DNA of 64,000 nucleotides from Octopus sinensis (taxonomy: Eukaryota). A program made the translations under genes and the position numbers. Numbering within the stretch: position 1 is the first letter of the stretch; every line of letters begins with the position of its first letter. The notes under the pieces were generated by a model that worked only from the letters and a program-made list of their open reading frames with translations, searched no databases and was not told the origin of the DNA. Location: positions 53,568,001 through 53,632,000 of the forward strand of contig NC_043012.1 of NCBI RefSeq assembly GCF_006345805.1, read 5' to 3'. This document shows, in pieces, positions 27,113 to 40,740 of this stretch.

Positions 27113-30069
27113 ATATATATATATTATATATATATATATAATATTATATATATATATTCATATATATATATATAGCTTCCTGAAAATAATATGCGTTAAA
27201 AAAAAACATTCAGTTTCAAATTTAAGTGATATTTTTGCGAATTTTGTAAATGCTTAGAATAGAGTGTGGCTGTGTGCTTAAAAATTAAACTTCACAACCA
27301 CGTGGTTTCAGGTTCAGTTTAACAATTCATCATACATATTCATACATATATATAATCTGATATATACTTGTGTGTATCTTTGTGTCTGTGTTTGTCCCCT
27401 AACCATCGCTTGGTAACCGATGTTAGTGTATTTACGTCCCGGTAACTCAGTAGTTCGGCAAAGGTGCTCCAGCATGTCTACCTTCAAATATTGAAACAAG
27501 TAACAGAATAACAGAGTATATATATGTATGAATGTGTATGATGAATTGTCACGTAGTTTCTATCAAGTAAATTCACTTACAATGCGTTGGTCACCCATGT
27601 ACTTTAATAAAATGCACTCATCCAATGTAACGCACAGTTAGACTGAACCTGAAACCACGTGGTTGTGAAGTTTACATTTTAAGCACACGACGACCCTGTA
27701 TTCTAAGCATTTACAAAATTCGCAAATAAATCACTTAAATTTGAAACTGAAGGTTTTTTTTTAACGTATATTATTTCCAGTTAGCAAGAGGTATTACAAT
27801 CCTAGAGCAGTAAAACCACGTGATAGAGTGCCTCAAGATATTATTATTCTAAAAATTTTGGTATTTCTAATTAAGAAATCGTGAAATTTCAAATAATTAT
27901 TTTAGTAATAATCTTCATTTTAAAATATTTCCAGAATTTGTATTGTAATTAATATTTTAATTAAAATTATTTAATGGTACTACTTATATATCAAATAAAT
28001 CTACGTCAATGCTAGTGGCTGTGCTTATACTAACATTGAAAAATAAATAACTCTATGTTATTTGTATATGAATATATTAAAATTTCTACGAGCATCATAC
28101 GAAAGGTAGTAATACGTTTTAATAAGTCTATAACAGGATTTATACGATTTACACACTGGTGACGCTACAACCACCAAAATTATTCGTGAGTGTACCATTT
28201 AATTGATTGTCTTTGAAATCAGTATATCATAGAATCATGCGTTTTCACACATGATGCGAATGTGCATGGGGAGAGAGAAAGAGATCATGGAATTAGATTA
28301 GGTACGGTTTAAGCCAATTTATGATTGCTTTAAAAGAATTAAGTTACTTTAAAAGAATTAAGAGTATTAGGATTTTGGAAAAGATATGGCTGGAAATTAT
28401 GTTAATAATAATGGAAGGGAATTTTGTTTTAGTCGAAAATATTTTAAATAAAATAAATTAAGCAAAACAGCAGGCATTATTATTTCAAAAATTAGAAATA
28501 GAAAAAAATCTTTCCCTTAATGGATGTACAAAATTAAGTGTATTAGACTCGCAAAGTAGATAATTGGTTATGTTTGAATGACATTATACCAATGCAAATA
28601 TAGTGATTACAACTAGTATTAAGTATATTAAAAAGGACAGTGTCTTTTGTACTATTAATATTTAGGCAAATGAGGACTGCAAACTTGCAGAGTCGTTTGC
28701 ATACCGGGTTAAATACTTAGCAGCATTTCATCCGTCTTTACATCCTGGGTTCAAATGCCGCTGGGGTTGACTTCTTTATCTTTCATCATTTCAGGCAATA
28801 AAATAAGTACCAGTTGTGTACTGGGTTCGATGTAACCGACTTGGTCCCTCTCCTAAATGTCTGGCTTTGTACCAAATTCTGAAACTAATATTTTGGTAAA
28901 TGAAGTCATAGGCATAATATGTACATAGAGATGAACAAATATCGTATACATTTTCAAATAGCATTATGAATTATAAACGCGGTTAGAGGAAATATATGTA
29001 TAAATGCACACACACACACACACGCACACACACACACACAAACACACCACACACACACATATATATATATATATGTAGATGAATAAATAAACAAATTAAT
29101 GGAGTTGAACGAAGATGTTAATAAAATTTTTTTACTTTCGACATATGTTTCGAAGACAACATGGTTTTATTCCAAAGGAATAAACGGTGTAAGATGCAAT
29201 CTTCTCATCAGGAAAGAAAGAGAACCTCTCTCATCAACAAGACATTATAACAATTATGATGACTGCCTATATGATAAGCAGAACGTTATTAAGTATTTTT
29301 TTTTTAAATTGAAATATATATATGTATGTACGTACGTTCGTACATATAGATAGATAGGTAAATAGATACATACATACATACATACATACACTACATACAT
29401 ACATACATACATACATACATACATACATAAATACATACATACATAGAAAATCATATCTACAATTAGTATGGAAATTAATTAATTTGTTAGGTACTAAAAA
29501 AATGTGCGATGTCGTATAAATATCCTGTCAATAGAATCTATGCGTCTAAAGTACATGTTGTAACTGATAGCGACTTATATGTTAAACTTCTGAAATATGA
29601 AATTGAGAAAAGAAAGCTATTTTAATTGACATTATTTTATATAAAGTAAATTACGATGAACAGCATGCGGTGTTGATTACCAAAACATATGTGAGTAAAG
29701 GAATTTTCTGTATAGCTGGGTGTATGACACTGAGAGAGAATCTTTTGATTTTGGTTGAAGTAAGATAAAATAAAAAGGGTAGTTAATTTTGTAGGTAACG
29801 TATAAATATAGTGAATACGACACGAAGGGGTTGGATTTGAATTTATCGTCTCTCTTATAACTTCAAATACTGATCTTTTCGGTATATTCAGATATACAAT
29901 AACGTTGATATAGATGTAAATTTTCAGATAATAATTCTCATTACGAAATTTGAGCAATTATATTTTTAAATATATGAATATATGTATGCATACGTACATA
30001 CATATGTATGAGCATAAATAATTTGATATATACATATCTAAAACACACACACATATATATAGACATATA

Positions 30070-30116
<47 letters not shown>

Positions 30117-30149
30117 TGTGTGTGTGTCTGCGTGTGTGTGTGTATGTAT

Positions 30150-30450
30150 CATGGAATCTCCCGTCGTTAGAGGACGTATGAGGGTTCGGCAATTTCTTGC
30201 CGAACAACCACACAGATGATTTGTTCATTGTGATCAAATATTTGTGTTCACATAAGCTCACTCCCTCCATCAAATCGTCCTCACCTGTCCATGTGCACCA
30301 TGTGCCACATGTCAGATGATGAAATGATCGTAGAGCAACGTGAAATAGAATGCCTTGCACAAGAACATATCAGAATGTCTGGGAATCGAACGTACGAATT
30401 CGCAATCGTGAGTGCAATGCTCTTACCACTAATCCATGTGTCATCTAAGG
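30150..30450 (-). mobile_element. tRNA-derived SINE (family D), decayed
   Basis: Minus strand head ACATGGATTAGTGGTAAGAGCATTGCAC...GTTCGATTCCC (A and B boxes). Confidence 0.6.
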
Positions 30451-30964
30451 CTGAGAGAACAGAGGGCAGTATCTGTTATGGGTAGGGCTGAGGGAGCAGA
30501 CAGAGATCATAGTTGGTTATAGTCATAAAAATCAAGATTTGTTAGAAGCAATATCATGAGGTTTGGTAAAGGAAATCTTAAAACAAGATGTTAGCTGATA
30601 ATTAAGGGGGTCTCTCACTAGCAGACCATTGACAATGAAGCAAGGGAGGTTTTATCATGTTTGTATTTGTAATTGTGTAACATTTCTCCGATTTTTCCGT
30701 TCTTGTTTTCATATACATTCACTTGCTTTCTTCCAAAGAATCTAGTGCTCTTAGCTTAGATTTTCTTGGGGCCTGTCAGATTAGACCGGTCTCGAGATTA
30801 ACAGGCCGAAACTGCAAAGACGATCTGCTTCTCGACTGATGATTGAAAGCTCCGAATGACCTGTCCTTGCTTTTTCCTCTCCTTTTTGTATCATCTAACT
30901 GTCCGAATGTTTTTTTGTCGCCTGTTACGTTCTTGTTCCGTTTTGTGTTTTGATTTTAAACACA

Positions 30965-30995
<31 letters not shown>

Positions 30996-31048
30996 CACAC
31001 ACACACACACACATACATACATATATATATGTATGTATGTATGTATGT

Positions 31049-31080
<32 letters not shown>

Positions 31081-31420
31081 AATATAATATATATATATAA
31101 TACAAATAAATAACAAAAGGAAGAAACACATTTAGTTGTTCATCAACTTACGGATGTTATAATGTTAGATTATTTATTCATTTTACAAAACGAGGAACAT
31201 CAAAAGCTTACAAATTATTTTATATAAATCAATAGATAAGATAATAATACAATACAGATCTTAAAAGTCATATTATAAATTATTGAAATCCAGAAATTAC
31301 TTCTTACAGCTGTTTCAGTTATGGTGGATCGAATTTTCATTGCCTATAGATGTCAACAGTATATTGGATAAATGATATCCCATAGAGGGTTACACATAAC
31401 CCGTATCTTACTTTGTACTA

Positions 31421-31453
<33 letters not shown>

Positions 31454-31840
31454 GATATATATATTAAATTAGAGATAAAACCACTATTAGGCAATGAAAC
31501 AGTGAAAAACATAAAAAAACATAGAAATAAATTAATTAATATAATATACAAAATATAAAATATAAAATTCAAAATTTAAATTTTTAAATTTAAAATAAAA
31601 TTAATTTTTTTTTTTTATTATTAATTTATACTTATAAATTTATATATATATATATATATAATATATATATCTATAATATATATTATATATATATCTATAT
31701 ATATATATATATATTATATTATATATTATATATTATATTATATTATTTTTATTTTTTTTTATTTATTTATTATATATTTATAAAATGTAATTATATTATA
31801 TATATAACTATAAAAGTTTATAAGTTTAATATATATAAGA

Positions 31841-31903
<63 letters not shown>

Positions 31904-32011
31904 ATATATTTAGTGTAGGAAGACAGTTTGTGCCATTTATTCCATGGGCTCCTCGTGAGCGTTTTGTCGAAAAGCTTGCTGTGCATTTTCTTGGAGAATT
32001 AAGTTCCTGGA

Positions 32012-32095
32012 TTTTCCTGAAGAGAAGGCTGCAAAATGGACTCCTTATTCAATCCGAATTAGGGACTTTGCAGCCTTTGAAACATATGTAGAAAA
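32012..32095 (+). ncRNA. Type I hammerhead ribozyme motif, best-preserved example
   Basis: UUUUC-CUGAAGA-GAAGGCUGCAAA...UUUGCAGCCUUU-GAAA-CAUAUG-UA-GAAAA. 5-bp stem I, 12-bp stem II, palindromic stem III, GUA triplet. Lies inside 21-bp IRs (31903-31923 and 32135-32155). Confidence 0.75.
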
Positions 32096-32388
32096 TAATA
32101 AAAGGAATTTGTTAAATCTTCGTTCAGCTCCATTTCTTCCTACACTAAATATATAAAACTTCAAATTTCCGCACTAAGGCACGGATTTTAGGCCCCATGG
32201 TCGTAACCTCAACCGTGCCTTTTCTGTTGTGATTTTTGCTACCCAGGTATCGGTTATCATTTGAATTATCCGTAATAAGATAATTCATTTATCTACTTCA
32301 ATATATATATATACTTGCACACACAGATAAGCATACACAAACTTCAATATACATATATATATATGTATGTGTGTGGGGGGTTGCGTAT

Positions 32389-32767
32389 GAGGCACAATAG
32401 CCCAGTGGTTAGGGCAGCGGACTCACGGTCTTAGGATGGCGGTTTCGATTTCCAGACTGGGCCTTGTGAGTGTTTATCGTGCGAAAACACTTAAAGCCTC
32501 GCGAGGCTCCGGCAGGGGATGGTGGTGAATCCTGCTGTACTCTTTCACCACGACTTCTTCTCACTCTTTCTTCCTGTTTTTGTTGTACCTGTATTTCAAA
32601 GGGGCCAGCTTTGTCACACTCTGTGTCATGCTGAATCTCCCCGAAAACTACGTTAAGGGTACACGTGTCTGTGGAGTGCTCAGCTACTTACACGTTAATT
32701 TCACGATCAGGCTGTTCCGTTGATTGGAGGAGCTGGAATACCCTCGTCGTAACCGACGGAGTGCCGC
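32389..32767 (+). mobile_element. tRNA-derived SINE (family D)
   Basis: TAGCCCAGTGGTTAGGGC (A box) and GGTTTCGATTTCC (B box), a ~380-bp body, followed by (TA)n. Confidence 0.75.
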
Positions 32768-32768
32768 A

Positions 32769-32819
<51 letters not shown>

Positions 32820-33889
32820 AGCCACAAAAATAGCCAGGTGTCTATCACTCGCGAATGAGATTGAGTTGTCCCGCCTGTGTATGACCTTCAGGTGTTTTAA
32901 CACTTAGTATTATGAGGGACACATGTGTCCAAAGCGCTCTACAGCAGCGAAACGTCGACCAAGCCAACCCCATGTATGGAGCATGTGCGCTCGCTAATGT
33001 TTACAATATTAGCACTATTTTAATTTCTAAGTGAATATATGTGTGCGCGTGCGAGTGCGTTTGGTTTTATGAGTGTGACACCTTAGGCAAGTGTTTTCTA
33101 CTATAGCCTCGGGCAAACGATGCTTGTGTGTTTATGTCCCCATAACTTAGCGGTTCGGCAAGAGACACTGATAGAATAAGTACTAGGCTTACAAAGAATA
33201 AGTCCTGGGGTTGATTTGTTCAACTAAAGGCGGTGCTCCAGCATGGCCGTAGTCAAATGACTGAAACAAATAAAAGAGTAGAATAATATATACCACACAT
33301 ATGTATGTATGTATGTATTATGCCTGTCTGTGTGTCAAAACACCATATATTAGCATAATTGTGTCTATACATCGTTATGAAAGCAAATATTTTTTATGTG
33401 CCGACTTAGTGGAAACATTAAACATAGCGCATAAATATGATGTATAAAATTAAATTATTCATACACATTTCGTTAATCAACTTATTAAAATGTCATTAAA
33501 TTTCTGATTGAAACTAGATTTATCACAAATTGCTTCTCACTCTCTGATTCAACTTATTATTTATTTACATATTAAATTATTATTCCAGATCATACAATTT
33601 TTAAAGCTTCTTTTCCCAACTTCTGTCTCTGTTCTTATCTCTACTCACCCATTTCTATATTTCTGATTTCTTTTAATCCGATTTAACTTTAAAATAATTT
33701 ATATAAAATAAATTACACGAACGTATATAAACAGGAGGTACAAATATTACCCACACACACACTAACTAAACATAGACACACATAGAGGTATACGCATGCG
33801 CAAATAAAGACACATACAATAGGAATACAAAATACAAAATGGCTGACCGTTAGTAAGGAGAGACACAAATAAGAAAGAAGAAAGCAAAG

Positions 33890-33933
33890 GACCACTGATG
33901 AGGTCACAGAAGTGTGACGAAAGAACTCTGGCC
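33890..33933 (+). ncRNA. Minimal type I hammerhead motif (separate family)
   Basis: GACCA-CUGAUGA-G-GUCACA-GAAG-UGUGAC-GAAA-GAAC-UC-UGGCC. Canonical G10.1-C11.1, 6-bp stem II with tetraloop, CUC triplet, one stem I mismatch. Confidence 0.65.
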
Positions 33934-34144
33934 GAAATAAGATTAAGATTAATGTGAAAAATAAATAACGCTGAAGCAAAATAACACCAAATATATAGTG
34001 CGCGTGTTTTTATTGGCTACACTGGAAAAATGACCATTCCTAAATACAACAACTAACATTTATTTTAATACACTTTCAAAAACTTTCTTTTAACTTGGTA
34101 CATTTACCTCTATATATTTACAAACATAAACAAGTACACTGAAG

Positions 34145-34445
34145 CCTAGTACTTATTCTATCGGTATCTTCTGTCGAACCGCTAGGCTACCGAAACGTAA
34201 ACACACCAGCATCGGTTGTCAAGCGATGCTGGGGGGACAAACACAGACACACAAACATATACACACACATATGTATACATATATACGACGGGCTTCTTTC
34301 AGTTTCCGTCTACCAAATCCACTCACAAGGCTTTGGTCGGCCCGAGGCTATAGTAGAAGACACTTGCCCAAGGTGCCACGCAGTGGGACTGAACCCAGAA
34401 CCATGTGGTTGGTAAGCAAGCTACTTACTACACAGCCACTCCTGC
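34145..34445 (-). mobile_element. tRNA-derived SINE family A
   Basis: Well-preserved reverse copy of the 5746-6133 element. Confidence 0.8.
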
Positions 34446-35666
34446 GACTATGCACTGTTCAAAAGTTTTTTTTAATTTAATTTGACTTAGTTTTTTTCTG
34501 TTTTTGGTCAGTAAGTATTACTTCTTATTTGCTTCTATCTAAAAGTCAAAGGAAATTAACACTCTTCCCTTCAAACTTTGCTTTCGTGACCTGGCCTTCA
34601 ATACTTTGAAACTGACCTATTTTCCATTTATATTTCAGACAGATTCAGTGCTGTGTTGCTGAAGCAGAAATACCGTTATAGCAAATATTCTGCTGACTAA
34701 TACGAGGAAGACTTGAGCATGTCTCTCAGTGGCTGACAATATGTGCATCTCTGATCATGAGCAAGTGTAGTGGGGGAGCATCATAGCCATCTGTTGAGAA
34801 ATTCTTTGGGGTTTGAAGGTAATATTGGCCATTTTTCATATTTTCTATGAGTAACCAAATAGGAATTAACAGTTGCTACCCAAGAACAAAATTCGTGTTG
34901 TACAGTGTGATCATTGGGTTCAATGGGAATCTTTAATCAGAGAGGCTGCAGTTTTCGAATCAAGTCTCCATGAATTCCCTCCTGCTCGCTGAGGTCAGCT
35001 AACATCTACATATAATGATTATTCCAGATCATATAATCTTTAAAACGTCTTTTTCCAACTTCTGCCTCCGTTCCTATCACAACTCATCCTCTTATAATTG
35101 TTCTCCTTTGTTCCAAATGTTATTGCGTCCACTTGGTAAAAGTTTTCATAAGTGAAATTTCACCAATGTACTTTGAGCTGATATTTATGTATTACATATC
35201 AATGGTGTTGTTTATATTTATCCCAGGACAGGCTTTTCTCTAAACTGTTTCCAATTACAACTGCTTGTTTCTTTAATGCATATTATTGATATGGCATCAC
35301 ACATCATTTCATATACTTCTTCACACATCATTTTATATACTTCTTCACACAAAAATTAAGATATTATTCAAAATATATATATTCCCATGAGCTTTTGAAA
35401 AAATCGCTTTTTATGTATCTGTTATCTTTTAAATTTTACTTGCTTCAGTTATTAGGCAACGGCCATGCTAGGGCACGGCTTTGTAGAATCTTGAGACGAA
35501 TGAATCGGCTGCTGTACTTTGTACTTATTTATTTATTTATGTATTTATTATCAAGCCTCATATTTATATTATCGATAATTTTTAACGAACCGCTAAGTTA
35601 CGGGGACTTAAAAACATCAACACCGGTTGCAAAAACAGCAGTGATGTACAAACACAGACACAGACA

Positions 35667-35708
<42 letters not shown>

Positions 35709-36646
35709 CAGGGGTTGGACAAAATAATGGAAACACCTAGCATCCATAGCATCATAATTTTCAAAATATTTATAAATCCGTCAACAGCTTGGTTATTTTT
35801 TTTTTTTTCTTAGTGTTGCTTAATATGTTTTGCTAAAATTGCTGTTTCTTTTCAGAAAAGGGTGATTAAAATTCATTGGAATGACAGATCTATCGAACTT
35901 TCAAACAGGTCAAATTCTGGTGCTCTTATGGCAGGCGCTAGTATAATGAAAATAGCCAAAATGTTTGGTGTATCAAGAAGTACTGTCTCAAGAATGAGGG
36001 AAAAACCTCCTCGTCTAAATAAAACTCCAGAAGAAAACCAAAACCTTCAGACAGAATATACGTGTGGAAACAGCCAAAAGAATCATTTGACCGAGATTGC
36101 CTTCTTCCAACAGTTAAACGTGGCGGAAGATATATGATGGTTGGTGTTGCTATATCTTGGAAACCCGCCGGCCCAATGGTTTCCCTTCATGACAGAATTA
36201 ATAGTCAAGACTATTTAAGCATTTTAGCGAATCAAATTCATGCTGTGTGTGCAGAACTGTTTCCGGCGGGAAACACAATCTTTCAAGATAACAATGCACC
36301 AATTTACACAGCTAAATTTGTTACTGAATGGCACAAGGAACATTCTAGAGATATGGAACATCTTATCTAGCCACCACAATCCCCAGATGCCAATATTATT
36401 GACCATTTATGGTGCATTTTAGAAAAACAAGTAAGGAGTCTATATCCTCCACCATCATCACTACAAGAACTGGAGACTCTTTTAGCTGAAAAATGAACGA
36501 AAATTCCTTTGGAAACAATTCAAACTTTGTACGAGTTCATACCTTGTAGAATTCAAGGTGTAATTACTGCTAAAGGTGGCCCTACGTCATATTAAAATAA
36601 ATTTGTTTGAAATTTTAGGTGTTTCCATTATTTTGTCCAACCCCTG
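35709..36646 (+). mobile_element. Internally deleted Tc1-family transposon
   Basis: Perfect 31-bp TIRs (caggggttggacaaaataatggaaacaccta) with TA TSD. Transposase remnants MMVGVAISW, IFQDNNAPIYTAK and PPQSPD with frameshifts. Confidence 0.93.
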
Positions 36647-36652
36647 TATATA

Positions 36653-36683
<31 letters not shown>

Positions 36684-37693
36684 CATACACACACACACAC
36701 ACACATATATATATGTATATATATATATATATATAATATATATATATAATATATATATATATATATACGATGATCTTTCGGCTTCCATTTATCCTAACAA
36801 CAAGGCTTTGGTTGGAACGTGGCAATAGTAGAAGAGACCTGCCTGAGAAGCCGCATAGTGGGACTGAAGCCAGAACCAGATTTCGTATCACATGCCCACT
36901 CATTCGCCTATATACGCATTAAATTTTAACACAAATACTTCAGTATTGGCATTTGTAATGAATAACGTTATCTGAAGATCTACTTTTTAGTTCTGGTGTT
37001 AATTACTGCACACATTTTACTATGTATATGATTTCTCTTGCTGGGTTAACAAACTTAAGAGTATTTTAAAGTATTTTAGTTCAAGTTGTACTCGTTATAT
37101 TTGTATTTGTATAAATTCCCATAAACATAATTAATTATTGGTTTCTCGAAGCCAATATTCGTAGATTAACTATTTTGGTTTCACTCATTTCTCTAGAACC
37201 AAATTTTAAGTACATACTAGTCTTTCCAAATGACGTCACCTGCTGTTAGTACTCATGTAATGTACTTAAAATATGCTCAATGGAAGCAAAATTACTTTGT
37301 ATTTACATACAGTTTCAGATTAATTTTAATGTATCTTTTTTCCATTATGCTACTTATAACAAACATATATAGATATCAGGCGGCAGATATTGTTGATTTG
37401 TTATGAAAACAAATCCAAGTTGGCACCGAAACATCGCTGCTTCATTGGTTGAAACAGGCCACGTGAGTGAAAGACAAGACAGTAATTCACATCTACATTA
37501 TTATTCAGAGACATACACAGACGAATATATCTTTATTTCGGATACACCATTATGCTTCACTTAATTATGAACATCAATATTTAACCTGAAATTTTGCCAT
37601 ATAAAATTTCACAGTACTTAAGAATCGGTTGTAAATGCGACTAGTTCCCAATTCAAGGTCATAGAACAAGACTATGACTGAGAGCTTTAAGTT

Positions 37694-37989
37694 TAAAGTG
37701 ATAGTATGTTGTCAACTTAATGTGACAGTCCCATGAAAGGGAAGAATGCTACTGTTATTTAGCTCCAGGAAACACCGTTTCCTGTTGGACGTGACACATT
37801 TTTCTGTGTCTTTATGTCTCTGAATGCTGTCTTTGTTGGGTGGAGGTGCTTATCTTCATTTTGAATACATAAGGACACAGGAAATGTGTCAAGTCCACCA
37901 GGAAACGGTAATTCCTAGGGCTAAATAACAGTAGCATTCTTCCCTTTCATAGGACTGTCACACCAAGTTGACAACATACTATCACTTTA
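37694..37989. mobile_element. MITE with ~124-bp TIRs
   Basis: taaagtgatagtatgttgtcaactt...acacattttt and its reverse complement ending atactatcacttta, with a ~50-bp spacer. Confidence 0.75.
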
Positions 37990-38236
37990 TCGCATTATTT
38001 CTATTTTCAGCTTTGGGTTTGTAATTCTTTATATGAACCAAGACGAAACTTTTTCGTTTCACGTATTTATGAAATGATAAAGCAGTTTTTCCTTTGTACA
38101 GAGCTGACAGAAGCTATCGGGGAGCCAATGTATTCTTTTGATTTTGTCACAAGGGCTGCTTCTTCCGATGTCTTTCGAACCATATGTATTTTGAAACTGA
38201 TGTGGTATTTCATTTATTTCTGGATCTAAAGGTTTG

Positions 38237-38633
38237 CTATTCTCTAGAAAAACGACGACGCCGTGGTGATCTCATTCTCACTCACAACATCATAAGCGGA
38301 AAGTGTAACCTCTCGAAAGAGGTGTTCTTCACTCCTGCTCCAGAGCGTCGGCTGCGTGCGAGGTCACTCCGAAAAGCTCTATCTGCGACGATTTCATCTC
38401 AATCGAAGGAGAGGGGCTTTCTCCGTCCGGGTTGCGGATCCGTGAAATAAGCTGCCGGACGAGATGGTGAAGATGCCGACGACCGCTCGGTTCAAAGTCT
38501 CCCTTGACCACAAATGGCCTGAACTCTTTGCATGAACACCACCCTGTACATAACTCCATGTCCCCCTACATGGCCTTGCTTTTTGCTTTTTGAGCCAAAA
38601 AATTAACTTAACTTAACTAACTTAACTTAACTA
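38237..38633 (+). mobile_element. CR1-type LINE 3' end with (TTAAC)n tail
   Basis: YSLEKRRRRGDLI...FFT...WNKLP C-terminal motifs; about 90% similar to 40360-40740 by eye. Confidence 0.85.
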
Positions 38634-40089
38634 TGCATATAAAGTTATAATGTTTTCTTTATTCAGCCTATTGGTGTGTGACTATAGTGTGGAATCTACT
38701 GATTCTTCATCTCTGTGTATTTGTTTTTCTTTTATCTTTTTTTTGTAAATGTACGATCAGATGCGCCTCTGCAATTGCATTTGTGCAAGGTTGCTTGTGT
38801 GGTGTTTACAGAATTTTGGTTATGTCGTGGATGTTTATGATTCCTGTAAAATTATAGCAGGACTGAAATGGCTTTTTGATTGACAAATTTCGTGACATTG
38901 GTGTCACGTGGTAAACTTAATGCTTATCAGCGATAAAAATGATTACGCAACATTTAAGAATACATCCAATATCCGAGGAGGATAATTCTAGATTAGTTTT
39001 TCAATTTCTACGTTTGGATTATTTAATGTGAATTTTATTTATCTCATTTTGTTGTTGAAGCAAGGATTCCACGATGGTAATCAACAAACTGATTCAAATG
39101 AATAGCTATTTTGTTATTCAAGTCGATGTAATCGACTGTGCCATTCTCTAGAAATGCTGAAACCATTATGTTCTTTGTTGTTGGGATTATAAATACTACC
39201 TGTATGTAGAAAGTAAATAATACAGGGGAGGGCAAAAGCTAGGTATACATTTGCTTAATACGAGTTCTATCAGTTTTCTATTTCTTTCTTTTTGTTTTGT
39301 TTTTGAAACCTCAGCAATTCATTAATCGACTAAGGGATCTACGGGAGATGCCCAGTTCATTGGAAGCCCTCGTTTTTATTTCTGGTGACTTGAGTGAATG
39401 CTTGAGCCACGTGTGTTTCATTCTCTCAAGTGGTAACACTGACCACTTGACCACTTTTGTGTGCATTACAGATGGACTCAGTCTGCTCAAAATTGTCACG
39501 TTTTCTGTAAACTGTTAATCCTGACGGATCTGGTCTTCGAAATTATTCTTCAGTTCTTTTCTGTCTAACCGTTTCTGCTTTCTCTGTTTTCCGGTACTCC
39601 TTCAAGATCCACTTTCGTTCACCGTTGGTCAAAGTTCCAACCATGTAAAAGATATTTGAAATTAGGAATAATTATTTTATTATAGAAGGGATTATAAGTT
39701 AAAAAAGAAAATGAAATCGGATCATTCTTATAAAAAAGAAATAGAGAAATATTAAGCAACTGCATACCTCATTTTTCTCACTCTTGTATATCAATTTACG
39801 TTTCTGTTCCGTGCAGGTTACTTTGCTTCTATATTTTCTTCCGTTCAATGTTTCCCTGGCTGTTGATCCATATATCTGCTATTGTATATACACTCGCCCT
39901 CAAATTTACAGATATATCTACAATACTCCAACACACTACTACGGTACTAAACTGCTTGGTTACCATCGGGAGATTATTAGCTGTAACTTTGCTCTTTCAA
40001 GGGAAATCTGGGGCTAAACAGCAACTACGGCAGCATTCTAAAACTACTACCATTCCCAGTCCGTCCAGATGAATATTAAAAAAAGAAAA

Positions 40090-40740
40090 ATACTAATATG
40101 CACGAAACTCCAGCCAACCAATAACGTCATTAGCTCCGAACACTGGGATGGATTGCACGCTATTCGGAATGCTCACAGCAGCTATATTCCTACCGCTCTA
40201 TGTAACGCTGGTGAGACCCATATTGGAGTACGGGATTCAAGCCTCTTCTCCTTATCTCCTCAAAGACATACATCATCCCGAAAGAGTCCACAAGCTGGCT
40301 ACCCGCATGGCTCTTGGTCTCAAGCATTTATCTTATGAAGAAAGGCTGAAGATGCTCGAACTTTATTCCCTCGAAAAACGACGACGCCATGGTGATCTCA
40401 TTCTCACTCACAACACCATAAGCGGAAAGTGTAACCTCTTGAATGAGCTGTTCTTCACTCCTGCTCCAGAGCGTGGGCTGCGGGGTCACTCCGAAAACTC
40501 TATCTGCGACGATTTCATCTCAATCGAAGGAGAAGGGCTTTCTCCGTCCGGGTTGCGGATCCGTGGAATAAGCTGCCGGACGAGATAGTGAAGATGCCGA
40601 CGACCGCTCGGTTCAATGTCTGTCTTGATCAGAAATGGCCTGAACTCTCTGTATGACCGCCCTCCCTGTACATAACTCCCTGTCCCCCACATGGCCTTGC
40701 TTTTGCTTTTTGAGCCAATAAAAATTGAATTGAATTGAAT
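40090..40740 (+). mobile_element. CR1-type LINE 3' end with (TTGAA)n tail
   Basis: LYVTLVRPILEY...LSYEERLKMLELYSLEKRRRHGDLI, typical of the CR1-clade ORF2 C-terminus. Confidence 0.88.

Noticed and set aside
29185-29215. Minus-strand CUGAUGA plus hairpin
   Set aside because: No GAAA or stem III follows.
32907-32942. gta-ttatga-g-ggacac-at-gtgtcc-aaag-cgc-tc-tac, resembling a decayed classic minimal hammerhead
   Set aside because: Both core segments need several changes, so it was not counted.
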